DNA of 64,000 nt from Pachysolen tannophilus NRRL Y-2460 (GCA_001661245.1 KV454011.1:348108-412107); one strand, 5' to 3'; positions 1-10,542 are shown, numbered from the stretch's first letter. The notes: generated by a model not told the origin, from the letters alone. Translations and numbers: made by a program.

Positions 1-164
1 TTTTTACCCGATTTGGTAGCAATGACTAACTAACAAAAGTTTGTTGTGATCATATTGGAAAACTTTTCATTATAATGAGTGTTCTTACTAATATAATACT
101 GATTGATTGATAAACTTAATTCTTTGGAATATTAAAGAGAGTGTATTATTGTTGTTGTTTCGAT

Positions 165-1244
165 ATGGTTAAGAAGGCTGGTGTTTTAGGTGCAACAGGT
201 TCTGTTGGTCAGCGTTTTATCTTATTATTGTCGGAGCACCCAGATTTTGAATTATCGGTATTAGGTGCATCATCTAGATCTTGTGGTAAGAAATATAAAG
301 ATGCAGTTACTTGGAAGCAAACTTCATTATTACCTGATGCAGCTGGTGAGATTGTAGTTCATGAGTGTGAGTATGAGAAATTTAAAGATTGTGATATTGT
401 CTTTTCAGGTCTTGATGCAGATTTTGCTGGTCCTATTGAAAAACAATTTGTTGAAAATGGATTAGTTGTTGTTTCCAATGCTAAAAATTATAGAAGAGAA
501 ACAGATGTACCATTGATTGTTCCTATAGTTAATGTTGAACATTTAGCAGTTATTGATGAAAAAATCAAATTATCTGAAAAAAATGGAATTAAAAAACCAG
601 GTTTTATAGTATGTATTTCAAATTGTTCTACTGCTGGGTTAGTGGCACCTTTGAAACCTTTGATTGATTCATTTGGTCCATTAGATTTGATTACAACAAC
701 AACACTTCAAGCTATTTCAGGTGCAGGATTTAGTCCAGGTGTTCCTGGAATTGATATCTTGGATAATATAGTACCTTATATTTCAGGAGAAGAAGAAAAA
801 ATTGAATGGGAAACAAAAAAAATTCTTGGAAATTTCCAAGGTCAAGAATTTAAACCAGATTTCAATATAAAAGTTAGTGCTCAATGTAATAGAGTAGCTG
901 TTTCAGATGGTCATACAGAATGTATTTCTTTTAAATTTGCAAATAGACCTGCTCCTTCTTTAGAACAAGTTAAACAATGTTTGAAAAATTATGTTTGTGA
1001 TGCATATAAATTAGGTTGTCATTCTGCTCCAAAACAAACCATCCATGTCTTGGAACAAAATGATAGACCACAACCAAGATTAGATAGAGAAAGAGATAAT
1101 GGGTATGGTGTAAGTGTTGGAAGAATTAGAGAAGATCCTATATTGGATTTCAAAATGGTTGTATTATCTCATAATACAGTTATTGGAGCTGCCGGTGCTG
1201 GTATTTTGATTGGAGAAATCTTGATTAAAAAGAACTTGATCTAA
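165..1244 (+). CDS. HOM2: Aspartate-semialdehyde dehydrogenase
   Basis: GVLGATGSVGQRF NAD-binding motif, catalytic SNCSTAG, QAISGAG, SHNTVIGAAG. First ATG is at 165; the ORF track starts at an upstream GTG. Confidence 0.97.
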   Translation: MVKKAGVLGATGSVGQRFILLLSEHPDFELSVLGASSRSCGKKYKDAVTWKQTSLLPDAAGEIVVHECEYEKFKDCDIVFSGLDADFAGPIEKQFVENGLVVVSNAKNYRRETDVPLIVPIVNVEHLAVIDEKIKLSEKNGIKKPGFIVCISNCSTAGLVAPLKPLIDSFGPLDLITTTTLQAISGAGFSPGVPGIDILDNIVPYISGEEEKIEWETKKILGNFQGQEFKPDFNIKVSAQCNRVAVSDGHTECISFKFANRPAPSLEQVKQCLKNYVCDAYKLGCHSAPKQTIHVLEQNDRPQPRLDRERDNGYGVSVGRIREDPILDFKMVVLSHNTVIGAAGAGILIGEILIKKNLI

Positions 1245-1484
1245 AAAAATAGTTATATATCTATATATCTATATATCTATATACATATATATATCTTAGT
1301 TAGTACGTTATCGCAATTATGTATTTCTTATCGTTATTTATTTATGTAGTTGTAAAAAGGTCAAAAAAAAAAAAAAGATTTGAAATGAGATGAGATTTAA
1401 TTTAAAAAGAAAAAACATAGCCATTTGTAAGATATATAATTCAATTTAAAAATAATTTTTTTTTTAATAAGAGGAAGGCGGAAG

Positions 1485-3002
1485 ATGATACCATCGGACA
1501 ATTTGGATAAGATATCGTTCAAGACAAAGACCATTAGTTGGAATGGAAATAATTCGGTGAATAATATATTACTTCAAAATGAAAACGGACCATGTTTCTT
1601 GATATCATTAGTAAATTCATTAATTTTATCTAGAGAATTAAAATCTTATGATTCTAATGGATTCCCAGCTTTAAATTCAAGTAATGAAGATGATGAATTG
1701 GTTCCATTAAAATCATTACTCACAGCTAAAAATGTGAAACTTGTTGATTTATTGAATGAACTTTCATTATTATTACTACAATTAAATAATGATGATGGCG
1801 GTAATGAAATCTTGGATATATCTTCCATATTAAATCGATTGCAATATCTTCATACTGGAATTAATATAAATCCATCAGTGAATGATCCAATTGTTAATCT
1901 TGCCAATGATGAAGTATTGAAAATATGCAACCATCTTGGGTTAAAAGTTATACATGGATGGTTAATCGATCAAGATAATAATGCTAATGAAGATGATATC
2001 TTAAAGAAATTAGATAATTATGAAAATATTCAAAATTATTTATTAACCAGAATTGATGAAATGAGTGAATTACTGAATAAATATTTTTTTTTACAAAAAT
2101 TAGATATGAATAGATTTAGTACTGATTTAAATTATATTTTTGAAATTATTGATGAATTTGAAAAAGAACAACAAAATAATAATCAAGATAATAATATTTC
2201 AACAATAATTGAAAATTTACAAAATTATTACAAAATTAAATCTTTTCTTTTAGATAATCCAACTCAATTGACAAATTATGGATTAAATAAACTTTCTGAA
2301 AAAACTTTAGAAATTGATTCTATTTCAATTTTTTTCAGAAATGATCATTTCAATACTATTTATAGGCACCCTAAGATCAATGACCCTTCAAATAATGATC
2401 TATTTCTCTTGTTGATAGATGAAGGTTATAATAATGATGAAATGGTTTGGGAATGTTTGAAAACTATTAATGGTGATGAAAATTATCTTTGTGATGGGAA
2501 TTTCAAAATTGTAGGTAACGTCAATAAAGATAAAAAAAATAATAATCTGGTAGATGTTGATCCTTCTAACTCATCAAATAATACAGGAGGAGAATTTATT
2601 GAGGGGAAAATTGTCAGTGATGAAACTGACAAAATTGACTATAATGATTACCTGCTAGATTCTGATGATGAAAAATTAGGAGGCTTAACAAATGATGAAA
2701 GAATTGCTAGAAATTTACAAAAAGAAGAAGATGAAAATTATGCAAGAGGCCTACAAAATAGGTTTAATGATGAACTGACTGCTAATTTCTTGAAAAGTCA
2801 AAAGAAGAACAAAGATAATAAGAAAAAAATTACCAATACTACAAAAAATGAAAAGAATAGTAGACCTGGATCAGCTACTGCAAATAAGAGACAAAATATG
2901 GGAAGTTTCACTGGTGAAACCACTTCCAGTATTAACACTAAAGCTACAAATGCAGACACGAAGAATAAGAACAAGTCAAAGGAAGGTTGTGTTATTGTTT
3001 AA
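1485..3002 (+). CDS. MIY1: MINDY-family (K48-specific) deubiquitinase, Miy1-like
   Basis: QNENGPCFL (catalytic Cys), HGWL, FFRNDHFNT (catalytic His), MIU-like DERIARNLQKEED, C-terminal CaaX CVIV. Confidence 0.88.
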   Translation: MIPSDNLDKISFKTKTISWNGNNSVNNILLQNENGPCFLISLVNSLILSRELKSYDSNGFPALNSSNEDDELVPLKSLLTAKNVKLVDLLNELSLLLLQLNNDDGGNEILDISSILNRLQYLHTGININPSVNDPIVNLANDEVLKICNHLGLKVIHGWLIDQDNNANEDDILKKLDNYENIQNYLLTRIDEMSELLNKYFFLQKLDMNRFSTDLNYIFEIIDEFEKEQQNNNQDNNISTIIENLQNYYKIKSFLLDNPTQLTNYGLNKLSEKTLEIDSISIFFRNDHFNTIYRHPKINDPSNNDLFLLLIDEGYNNDEMVWECLKTINGDENYLCDGNFKIVGNVNKDKKNNNLVDVDPSNSSNNTGGEFIEGKIVSDETDKIDYNDYLLDSDDEKLGGLTNDERIARNLQKEEDENYARGLQNRFNDELTANFLKSQKKNKDNKKKITNTTKNEKNSRPGSATANKRQNMGSFTGETTSSINTKATNADTKNKNKSKEGCVIV

Positions 3003-3503
3003 ATGGGTACGGATTGGGGAGTTTTCTTTTTTTTTTTTTTTTAATTTCTATTTTTTTACTTACTACTACTTACTTACTTATCTTTTATGTTTTATGTGAT
3101 GACTTTTTTTTTTTTTTTTTTTTGTCTTTTTCTGAGAGCGAGAAATACATTATATACACCTTTTTTATTTTATTTTTTTTTTTATTTTCTTCTTAAAAAA
3201 CTATACATCTTTTTTAGATACAATAATCTGAGTTCTCTATATCAAAAAATATGATAATTATAATATATAATCAATTAAGTCAATTAAAGAATCAATTGAT
3301 AACGATAAAATCTAATATGAAAAACTAGTGGTAGTGTATTATATATCAATTTGACAAAAGAGGAAATAGTTTAAATGCTGCAAATTTGTACATTTTTAGA
3401 AAATATATTTATATATATATAAGAAAAGAAGAGTTTATTCACACATAGCCAGTAATTGAGTAATTAATTAAATAAATATCTTAAGGTGTGATTTAATTTG
3501 TAA

Positions 3504-4490
3504 ATGGCATCAGGTGAGTTATTGTTTAGAGAATCTTCGTTGAGGCTGCTGGATGATGAAACGCGGGAAGGGTTATTGAATGGTAATAATGGTATTACAG
3601 CATCGACATCATCATGTTCAGTTATTACTGCGACAGCGGTAAATGGCGGTTCAAATTCTGAGTTGAATAATAGAGAAGAAAATATTTCTAAGAAAAAATT
3701 ATTTACTTGGGATGAAATTCCTGAATGGCAAAGAGATAATCATTATATTAGAAAAGGATATGTTAGAGAAACTTTATCATTTGAGCTATGCTTAGATTCA
3801 TTAAGTTATTTCCATAATGAATCAGTTAATATTTATACACATTTAATACCTGGATTTTCAGTTTTATTATCATTAGGATTTTTTTTAATACTGGGGAAAC
3901 ATTTTATACCAGCATATCTGTCTACAACTTTTTTAGATTATTTTTTTATTGATTTATTTTTATTTGGATTAAGTTGTTGTCTTTCACTTAGTGCTGGGTT
4001 TCATTGTTTTAAATGTCATTCTGATCCTATATTAAGACTTGGAAACAAATTTGATTATTTAGGCATAGTAACATTGATTGTTACATCAATGGTTGGGATC
4101 ATATATTATTCTTATATTGATCATCCACTGATTCTGTATTTTTTCGCTAGTATCACTTTTATATTGGGATTTATATGTTCTATAATAAGTATAAAAGAAA
4201 AATTTAGTCATCCAGATTTTAGAGCTATTAGAGCATTTATGTTTATAATATTTGGACTTTCTGGTGTTTTCCCAGTACTTTATGGAATTCATACATTTGG
4301 ATGGGATGAATCAGTTAAGAGATCAAGTTTAAACTATTTAATAATGGAAGGAGCACTTTATATTACTGGTGCTTTGTTATATGCATTTAGAATTCCAGAA
4401 AAATTTAATCCAGGAAAATATGATTTCATTGGTCACTCACATCAAATATTTCATTTGTTTGTTATTTCTGCTCTGTATTGTCATTGGTAA
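3504..4490 (+). CDS. IZH2: PAQR/haemolysin-III family membrane protein (IZH1/IZH2-like); C-terminus truncated in this sequence by an inversion
   Basis: PEWQRDNHYIRKGY, HNESVNIYTH, KFDYLGI, RIPEKFNPGKYDFIGHSHQIFH. Stops one residue after the last conserved His; the missing tail is on the - strand at 4630-4677. Paralogue identity is uncertain. Confidence 0.88.
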   Translation: MASGELLFRESSLRLLDDETREGLLNGNNGITASTSSCSVITATAVNGGSNSELNNREENISKKKLFTWDEIPEWQRDNHYIRKGYVRETLSFELCLDSLSYFHNESVNIYTHLIPGFSVLLSLGFFLILGKHFIPAYLSTTFLDYFFIDLFLFGLSCCLSLSAGFHCFKCHSDPILRLGNKFDYLGIVTLIVTSMVGIIYYSYIDHPLILYFFASITFILGFICSIISIKEKFSHPDFRAIRAFMFIIFGLSGVFPVLYGIHTFGWDESVKRSSLNYLIMEGALYITGALLYAFRIPEKFNPGKYDFIGHSHQIFHLFVISALYCHW

Positions 4491-4536
4491 TAAAAACGAG
4501 GAAAAACTATTCGTTTGTGGTGGAGCCATATTTTAA
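4488..4536 (+). other. Displaced MON1 C-terminal coding segment, (C)NKNEEKLFVCGGAIF*
   Basis: t aat aaa aac gag gaa aaa cta ttc gtt tgt ggt gga gcc ata ttt taa resembles the fungal Mon1 ending (W..E.RLF..GGA.F*) but lies on the strand opposite MON1. Confidence 0.85.
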
Positions 4537-4629
4537 TAAACTAATTAAATTAAATTGTATAATAATTTTTTTTTTTTTATTTTATAAATTCATATAATCA
4601 AATCAATATAATTATATTTAAAATTGTGA

Positions 4630-4677
4630 TCAAACCAACTTTTCATGACAATATTTATAAGAACGAATTAACAGTTC
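4630..4677 (-). other. Displaced IZH C-terminal coding segment, E(A)LIRSYKYCHEKLV*
   Basis: The - strand reads gaa ctg tta att cgt tct tat aaa tat tgt cat gaa aag ttg gtt tga, resembling the tail of yeast Izh proteins after the final His (H..LL.SY...H). Confidence 0.8.
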
Positions 4678-6617
4678 CACCAATTAATAATTTTTTTGCA
4701 ACTCTTCATCAACAAATTCTTGTCCAAGAGACCATCATTCGTCAATAAATATAACTCATAATTTTTCGTTATTATCACAATACCTAATATTTCTTTATTG
4801 TTCGAATTTTTAAGCTTAACATATGAAATAAAATTACTTGTTTGACTATTCGAATTATAATGATTTAAAACAATAGTATGAAGTTTCTTGTAAATATACA
4901 TTATTTTGGAATATTTTTCATCTTCTTTCCCCCTCAAAATCAAGTTTCCAGAACAATTATCAATTTCTGGGAACACATATTGAATATGTTTCTTAGATTT
5001 GTAAATAAAATGACGAATTAATGGAGTAGGAATATCAACATTAATCAAGATTCCTGCTCTTGGAGAAAATAAAGATTTAACCATTTCTTTGTAAATGTTG
5101 TTTGTACCCATTATCATTGAATTAATGACATTATTACTCATTTCTCTCATTTCAAAAAATGAATTTCTATCGGCAGATATCAATATTAAAGCTATTTTAT
5201 TCTTATCTATTATGTAGTCATCAATTTCTTCATGATTGTAATCGTTGAATGTCTCAAATTTTGATAAATCAATAAACTTGATAAAACAATATAAAAATCC
5301 ATTGAGGTTAAAATTTGGTAAACAAATAGGAACCCAAAATTCTTCTTCACTGTATGAGTTATCATTTGAAGTTTTAAAAGTGTTTGTATTAAATACCATC
5401 TCAAATAATAACTGCAAATCAGAAGTATGTAACGAATGGCGCCTCGGTCTAAGGATACTTATCAATCTTCCTTTTGGAGCCACTATCAACCCATATAATA
5501 AATTAGGAGTCCTATTTGATAATAGTAGTTGATCCAATTTCAATCTTATAGATTTTTTTAATTTTAAACATTGTAAACCACCAATGATCAATCCCGGATT
5601 CAACCCATTACAAAGATCATTGCAAATTGAGTCTAATACAGAAAGATCAGATCGACCTAACAATTTCCTTAAATCAAAATTTTCTCTTTTAGTGAAAACT
5701 TTTAAAATATGAGGTCTTGATAATGTAGATAATAAGAAATTATATAAAAATTGTAATTGTTGTAATAATTGTAAATCACTTTCTGATTCAGTGGTAGATG
5801 ATGATGAAGAAACAGCCATTAAAATTATTGGCGACTGGTTTAAGAAAGTAAACCTCGTGTTGCTGGATGTAGTAAATGATTTCAAGTTATCGTCATTATG
5901 TTCATTGAAATAAGATATTATTGTTTGTATAATTCCCATATACCCTGTTATAACCTCATCTGAACCATGCATTGAGTATATTGGTTTCCCAGCAGAAGAC
6001 AAAATGAAGAAATGTTTCTTGTGCTTATAAAAATCATCAATATCGTTATTATTATCGGAATATTCTCTGGTGATGTTGAAATCAAATTCATCCAATATAT
6101 CATTCCCGGCTGGGCGTGTGCTTATATTACTTGAATATATGGATTCTCCCAACATACTCTTATTATCATTTATCAATTCTTCCAACAATTGCTCTACCCC
6201 ATCACCATTTTCATCTGCTTCTTCTTCTGTTCCAAGACCATCTCTCAATATATGATCACTGTGGTTTCTGAAAACTTTAATAGTTGGTGTACTGCTTTTT
6301 CCTGTAGAATTTGAAATAAAGCTTTCTAATTGCCCATCTCCATCCAGCTCAATATTGTCCAAGTTACCATCAAACACACTAACTGAATCAGCATTCAAAG
6401 ACATGGTCGGCTTAGCTCTTAAAATCGAGCTCGGGTTATACAATAATGACTTGTTTGGGAATAATGATATTGAAGACTTTGTATTGCTTAACAGTGGCCT
6501 GGTCAAAAGCGATGTTTGATTACCATCGTCGTCATCATCATAATAAGACGGCTTGAAATAATCATCATTCACCTCAACCAGGTTATTATTATTGATATTG
6601 CGGTTGTTCTGATCCAT
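4668..6617 (-). CDS. MON1: Mon1, subunit of the Mon1-Ccz1 Ypt7/Rab7 GEF; C-terminus truncated in this sequence by an inversion
   Basis: KKHFFILSSAGKPIYSMHG, NFDLRKLL, RPRRHSLHTSDLQLLF, EFWVPICLPNFN, RHFIYKSK. Ends abnormally as INWWNC*. Confidence 0.95.
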   Translation of the reverse strand: MDQNNRNINNNNLVEVNDDYFKPSYYDDDDDGNQTSLLTRPLLSNTKSSISLFPNKSLLYNPSSILRAKPTMSLNADSVSVFDGNLDNIELDGDGQLESFISNSTGKSSTPTIKVFRNHSDHILRDGLGTEEEADENGDGVEQLLEELINDNKSMLGESIYSSNISTRPAGNDILDEFDFNITREYSDNNNDIDDFYKHKKHFFILSSAGKPIYSMHGSDEVITGYMGIIQTIISYFNEHNDDNLKSFTTSSNTRFTFLNQSPIILMAVSSSSSTTESESDLQLLQQLQFLYNFLLSTLSRPHILKVFTKRENFDLRKLLGRSDLSVLDSICNDLCNGLNPGLIIGGLQCLKLKKSIRLKLDQLLLSNRTPNLLYGLIVAPKGRLISILRPRRHSLHTSDLQLLFEMVFNTNTFKTSNDNSYSEEEFWVPICLPNFNLNGFLYCFIKFIDLSKFETFNDYNHEEIDDYIIDKNKIALILISADRNSFFEMREMSNNVINSMIMGTNNIYKEMVKSLFSPRAGILINVDIPTPLIRHFIYKSKKHIQYVFPEIDNCSGNLILRGKEDEKYSKIMYIYKKLHTIVLNHYNSNSQTSNFISYVKLKNSNNKEILGIVIITKNYELYLLTNDGLLDKNLLMKSCKKIINWWNC

Positions 6618-6700
6618 TCTACTGAATCATTGTTCTTTATCGCTAATTAAATATAAAAAATAATAATAGTTACCTATTTTGATGATGTTTAATGTTACTT

Positions 6701-6732
<32 letters not shown>

Positions 6733-6763
6733 CAAATAAAATTGAACAGATAATAGTTCAAGA

Positions 6764-8785
6764 ATGGAAATTCAAGAGAGGAAACCAACGGCAAATTCTA
6801 TCAAGTTTGCCCATACCAGGACTCCTTCAACTTCATCCAATAATAATATAGATATCACTAATATTCAACCTCCGCCAGCTAGAAGATCATCTGTTTCGAA
6901 CTATGGTAGATCTTCAATAGATTCAATAAGGTCGAATTCTTCTGTGAATTCGTCAACTTCTTCCCTTGTGGTGGATGATCAAAAGAATAATGGGATTGGG
7001 AATAGTAATAACAATGATAGCAAATCATTTATGTTCAGGAACAAGAATAATTCATCGAATAACATGTTACCTTTAACTAAGACAGTTTCATTTAGCAGTA
7101 TATTAACAAATGATAATGCTAGTAATAACACTGGGAGCTCTGCTACTGGTAATGCCAATGTCAGAACTGCAAAGTCTGCAAATAGACTCAGTCGACTTTT
7201 TAATTCAAATCAGTTTATAAGAAGGAAAAAAAGTATAGATGATGTGAGTGGGAAACGTAATAAGGTGTATCAGAACGCTGATGACTCGTCGAGTGATTCC
7301 TTATCAAGCTCAATAGTATTATCTCCCAAAATCAAGCCAGTAGGTTCTTCAAATGAATCACTGGTAGGCTATAGAACTGCAAATCATGATAGTAGTGGTA
7401 GTCTTGGAGGTGGAGCCGGTGGTTCGTTATTGGAAAGAGAATTATCTAGGCTGAAATCGGTAAAGGATAAAAAAAGAGTTAAAAAACCTGTTGATCTTTC
7501 AATTCAGACATCAAATTTGATACCTAATAGCTCCAATACTGGTGTCAAGAGAATAATATCACCATTGGGAAGTAAAGCTCCAAGAGGAGAATTGGGTGAG
7601 AATTCAAACGACTCAACAGAATTATCAAGACAACACAAGTATCATCCTTTGAACCATTTGCATATAAACCATCATAATTTATTAGTAAAGTCAAGATTAC
7701 AGAAAGATTATAATCCTCTTTCATCATCTTCTTCGAATTCTAAATTGGTTTCCGATAGTGGACAAACATTGTATTCTTTTTCAACTACAAATAATAACAT
7801 TAACGGTGTTAGTAACACAACTGGAAGTGGTAATAAAGATGGAAGTACTGGAAACAATAATTCAGGAGGAATAGTCACGTCTACAGACTTGCAGAGAACC
7901 TTGATGCAATTGGAGAATTTAAATCTAAATAATTTGAAATATGTTGAAGACAAGGAAAATATTGCAGATGATTCTTGGAATCTTTTAACTTCATTGATTA
8001 TGCCCTTATTTAAATGTGATAATCTCAAGGTACCCATTGAAGATTTAAACAAGTTGTGTTATTTATACATTTTTTTAAGATTTCAAGAATTTTCAGATAG
8101 AAATGAAGCTCTTAGTTCAGTGAATTCCATCTCAAATGGTAATACAACACCATTGTCGAAAACAACAGTTTTTGATGAAGTTCAAGAGCTATTTAAAAAT
8201 GGTTTTAGCATATACCTTAACAATGTTTATCTGGTTGAAACCAGAGGTTCTTCAACTTCGCTCAAGTCATTATATTCTAGTTTATCACTATCGCAACTTT
8301 TAAAAAGAAAACCATTCCAATCCAAGTTGTCCTTATTATGGGATTATTTCTTGACACATATCTTGTATTATTTAGAAGCCATTTTTTTACCATTACAACA
8401 AGAAATTGATGGTGTTGGACCGATCTTAAGCCCATATAGTAAGCACAAAAAATTTTGGTTTGATTATTTGAAAATCGATAATTTGAAAACTGTCAGTAAA
8501 ATATATGAAATTAAATTATTACTGTTGTTAAATTTTAGAGATAAAGTGGTGATACCCTTATATGAGACAGAATATTTCAATAATCTCACCGAACAGTTTA
8601 TAATTGAAGAAGAAGATGAAGGAGATAACACCGAGGTGAAAATTGAAGATGAGAAGCATATAGAGGAATATTTACCTATTAAATTAAAGCTCATTCAATG
8701 CTTGAGCACATTAAAACGAATAGATTCAAGCGATACAAAACAGTACATCATAGAAAAGCTACTAAGAGAGACAATCAACAGTTGA
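6764..8785 (+). CDS. BIT61: TORC2 subunit Bit61/Bit2 (HbrB domain)
   Basis: Ser/Asn-rich N-terminus, then ADDSWNLL..IMPLF..LKVPIEDLNKL and LWDYF...ILYYLEAIFLPLQ (HbrB-like domain). Confidence 0.85.
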   Translation: MEIQERKPTANSIKFAHTRTPSTSSNNNIDITNIQPPPARRSSVSNYGRSSIDSIRSNSSVNSSTSSLVVDDQKNNGIGNSNNNDSKSFMFRNKNNSSNNMLPLTKTVSFSSILTNDNASNNTGSSATGNANVRTAKSANRLSRLFNSNQFIRRKKSIDDVSGKRNKVYQNADDSSSDSLSSSIVLSPKIKPVGSSNESLVGYRTANHDSSGSLGGGAGGSLLERELSRLKSVKDKKRVKKPVDLSIQTSNLIPNSSNTGVKRIISPLGSKAPRGELGENSNDSTELSRQHKYHPLNHLHINHHNLLVKSRLQKDYNPLSSSSSNSKLVSDSGQTLYSFSTTNNNINGVSNTTGSGNKDGSTGNNNSGGIVTSTDLQRTLMQLENLNLNNLKYVEDKENIADDSWNLLTSLIMPLFKCDNLKVPIEDLNKLCYLYIFLRFQEFSDRNEALSSVNSISNGNTTPLSKTTVFDEVQELFKNGFSIYLNNVYLVETRGSSTSLKSLYSSLSLSQLLKRKPFQSKLSLLWDYFLTHILYYLEAIFLPLQQEIDGVGPILSPYSKHKKFWFDYLKIDNLKTVSKIYEIKLLLLLNFRDKVVIPLYETEYFNNLTEQFIIEEEDEGDNTEVKIEDEKHIEEYLPIKLKLIQCLSTLKRIDSSDTKQYIIEKLLRETINS

Positions 8786-8988
8786 ACTGGATTTGGTTTT
8801 GTAATTTCTTTCTTTTCATTATATTGTATATATTGCGTAAATAGTTGGAAATGTAAGTTTTTTGGGGTATTATTAATTTCTGACACGTTTGATAAGGGTC
8901 TAAGATAAAGATGTAAATATAAAATAAAATAAAATAAATAAATAATTAAATATATAGTGAAATAGATAGATGAATAGTATGAGCAAGC

Positions 8989-10476
8989 ATGGCTTCAAGA
9001 TATAACAAGTTAGTTTCTTCTTTTAACTATTGCATGTCGGTGTTTACTGGGACATCTTCTGCTTTAAAATCTAAGCAAGAGATGTTGTTAGAGTTAAAGG
9101 CTTCTGTTTCAAATCTCTCATCGCAAGTTGATAAGATTATCGATTTACAACAAAAGATCGAACTTACAGAAGACGATTTGTTGAAGAACCCTGATATCAA
9201 GCTAATGAACGAATTAAAGGGGTTTCATTTGAGTTCCTCGGCTGTTGAAGGTAATAGGAAAAAAAAAGGTAAGACTAATAGTGATATTAGCAAATTTATT
9301 AATTTGATAACGTTTGCTAATAATTATCATTTATTAGATCAAAAATTAGCAAATACCACTAAGAAGAAAGTTTCATTTTTTAGACAGAACCATCAAGAAC
9401 CATTGAGAAGTTTTCCTGTGTTTCCGCCGATAAAAGATGGGAGATTGAAGAAGATTGCGCTTATTCATCCTGCGATAAAGAATGAAATGGAAGAGAAATT
9501 GAAAGTTCGTATACCTAATTCTATTTCTAAAGACAATCAACGATTTGAATGTTTTGGAGATGCGCTATTAGGCATGATTGTTTCTGAATATATTTTCAAA
9601 AGGTTCCCAAATGCTACTGATGGATTTTTAACATGTATTAGAAGTTTATTGGTTTCTAACGATACTTTGAGGTATTATTCTCGCTACGTTGATTTGGAAA
9701 ATATAATATATGAATTTACATCTGTTGAACTTGATAATGAACGAAATGCAAAGACTTTGGCAGATTGTTTTGAATCCTATATCTGTGGATGTTATTTTGA
9801 CGGTAAAGAAACTTATGGTAAGATGGTTGATTGCATATATCAATTAATAGAACCAATAGTGATTCAATTTGAGAAAAACTTGAAAGCATCTCATGGCTAT
9901 GGAGAATTAAAAGTAGATGAACTATTAAATGAGTGGTTTAATACTGATATATCATCAAAGAATTTATCAAAGGATTCTCAAATCGACTTGAAAAACTCAT
10001 CAAGTACTGATAAAAAATTGAAAAAACTTCCCGAATTACCCTTAGTTTCAACATCTACAAATGTATCTGAATCAAGTTTTCTGAAGAATTCCAAAAATCT
10101 AGATCAAAGATCTATCATTTTAAAACAAAAAGCATACGAAGAAAGTATATTAAGAAGCCAGAAAATTAAACAGCTAACTAAAGACGCTAAAAAAATCATA
10201 CTGATTAATTCAAAATTGAAAAGAATCCCTAAAAAGAAAAATTGTGTCAATATCTTGAACCAAATCTCTATAAAGAGCAAAGGAACTTTACCAATTTATA
10301 AAGTCATTATGGGTAAAAATGATAAAAAAATATGCGAACTCTATATAGACGGCGTGATGTTAACTCAGGCGACAGGCTCGTCTGTTAAGAAATCAATAAA
10401 TAATGCTGTCTTGGCATTATTCACCAACAAATTGGATAAGTTGGAACAGCATTTTGGAACAACCGTCAAGAGATAA
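8989..10476 (+). CDS. Class II RNase III (Rnt1/budding-yeast Dicer family) with N-terminal domain and C-terminal dsRBD
   Basis: ALIH.., NQRFECFGDALL, LVSN, KTLADCFESYICG RNase III motifs; dsRBD-like C-terminus (CELYIDGVMLTQATGSSVKKSINNAV). Confidence 0.85.
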   Translation: MASRYNKLVSSFNYCMSVFTGTSSALKSKQEMLLELKASVSNLSSQVDKIIDLQQKIELTEDDLLKNPDIKLMNELKGFHLSSSAVEGNRKKKGKTNSDISKFINLITFANNYHLLDQKLANTTKKKVSFFRQNHQEPLRSFPVFPPIKDGRLKKIALIHPAIKNEMEEKLKVRIPNSISKDNQRFECFGDALLGMIVSEYIFKRFPNATDGFLTCIRSLLVSNDTLRYYSRYVDLENIIYEFTSVELDNERNAKTLADCFESYICGCYFDGKETYGKMVDCIYQLIEPIVIQFEKNLKASHGYGELKVDELLNEWFNTDISSKNLSKDSQIDLKNSSSTDKKLKKLPELPLVSTSTNVSESSFLKNSKNLDQRSIILKQKAYEESILRSQKIKQLTKDAKKIILINSKLKRIPKKKNCVNILNQISIKSKGTLPIYKVIMGKNDKKICELYIDGVMLTQATGSSVKKSINNAVLALFTNKLDKLEQHFGTTVKR

Positions 10477-10542
10477 TCATCTTTCCTATGTATCTTCTAA
10501 TCATCTAGTCATCTAGTTTTGTACTTGTTGTTAAGCCGCGCA

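Noticed and set aside
4486..4620. Possible 3' intron rescuing the IZH C-terminus (GTAATA...AACTAAT)
   Set aside because: No suitable acceptor or exon on the + strand; the missing tail is on the - strand and is explained by the inversion.
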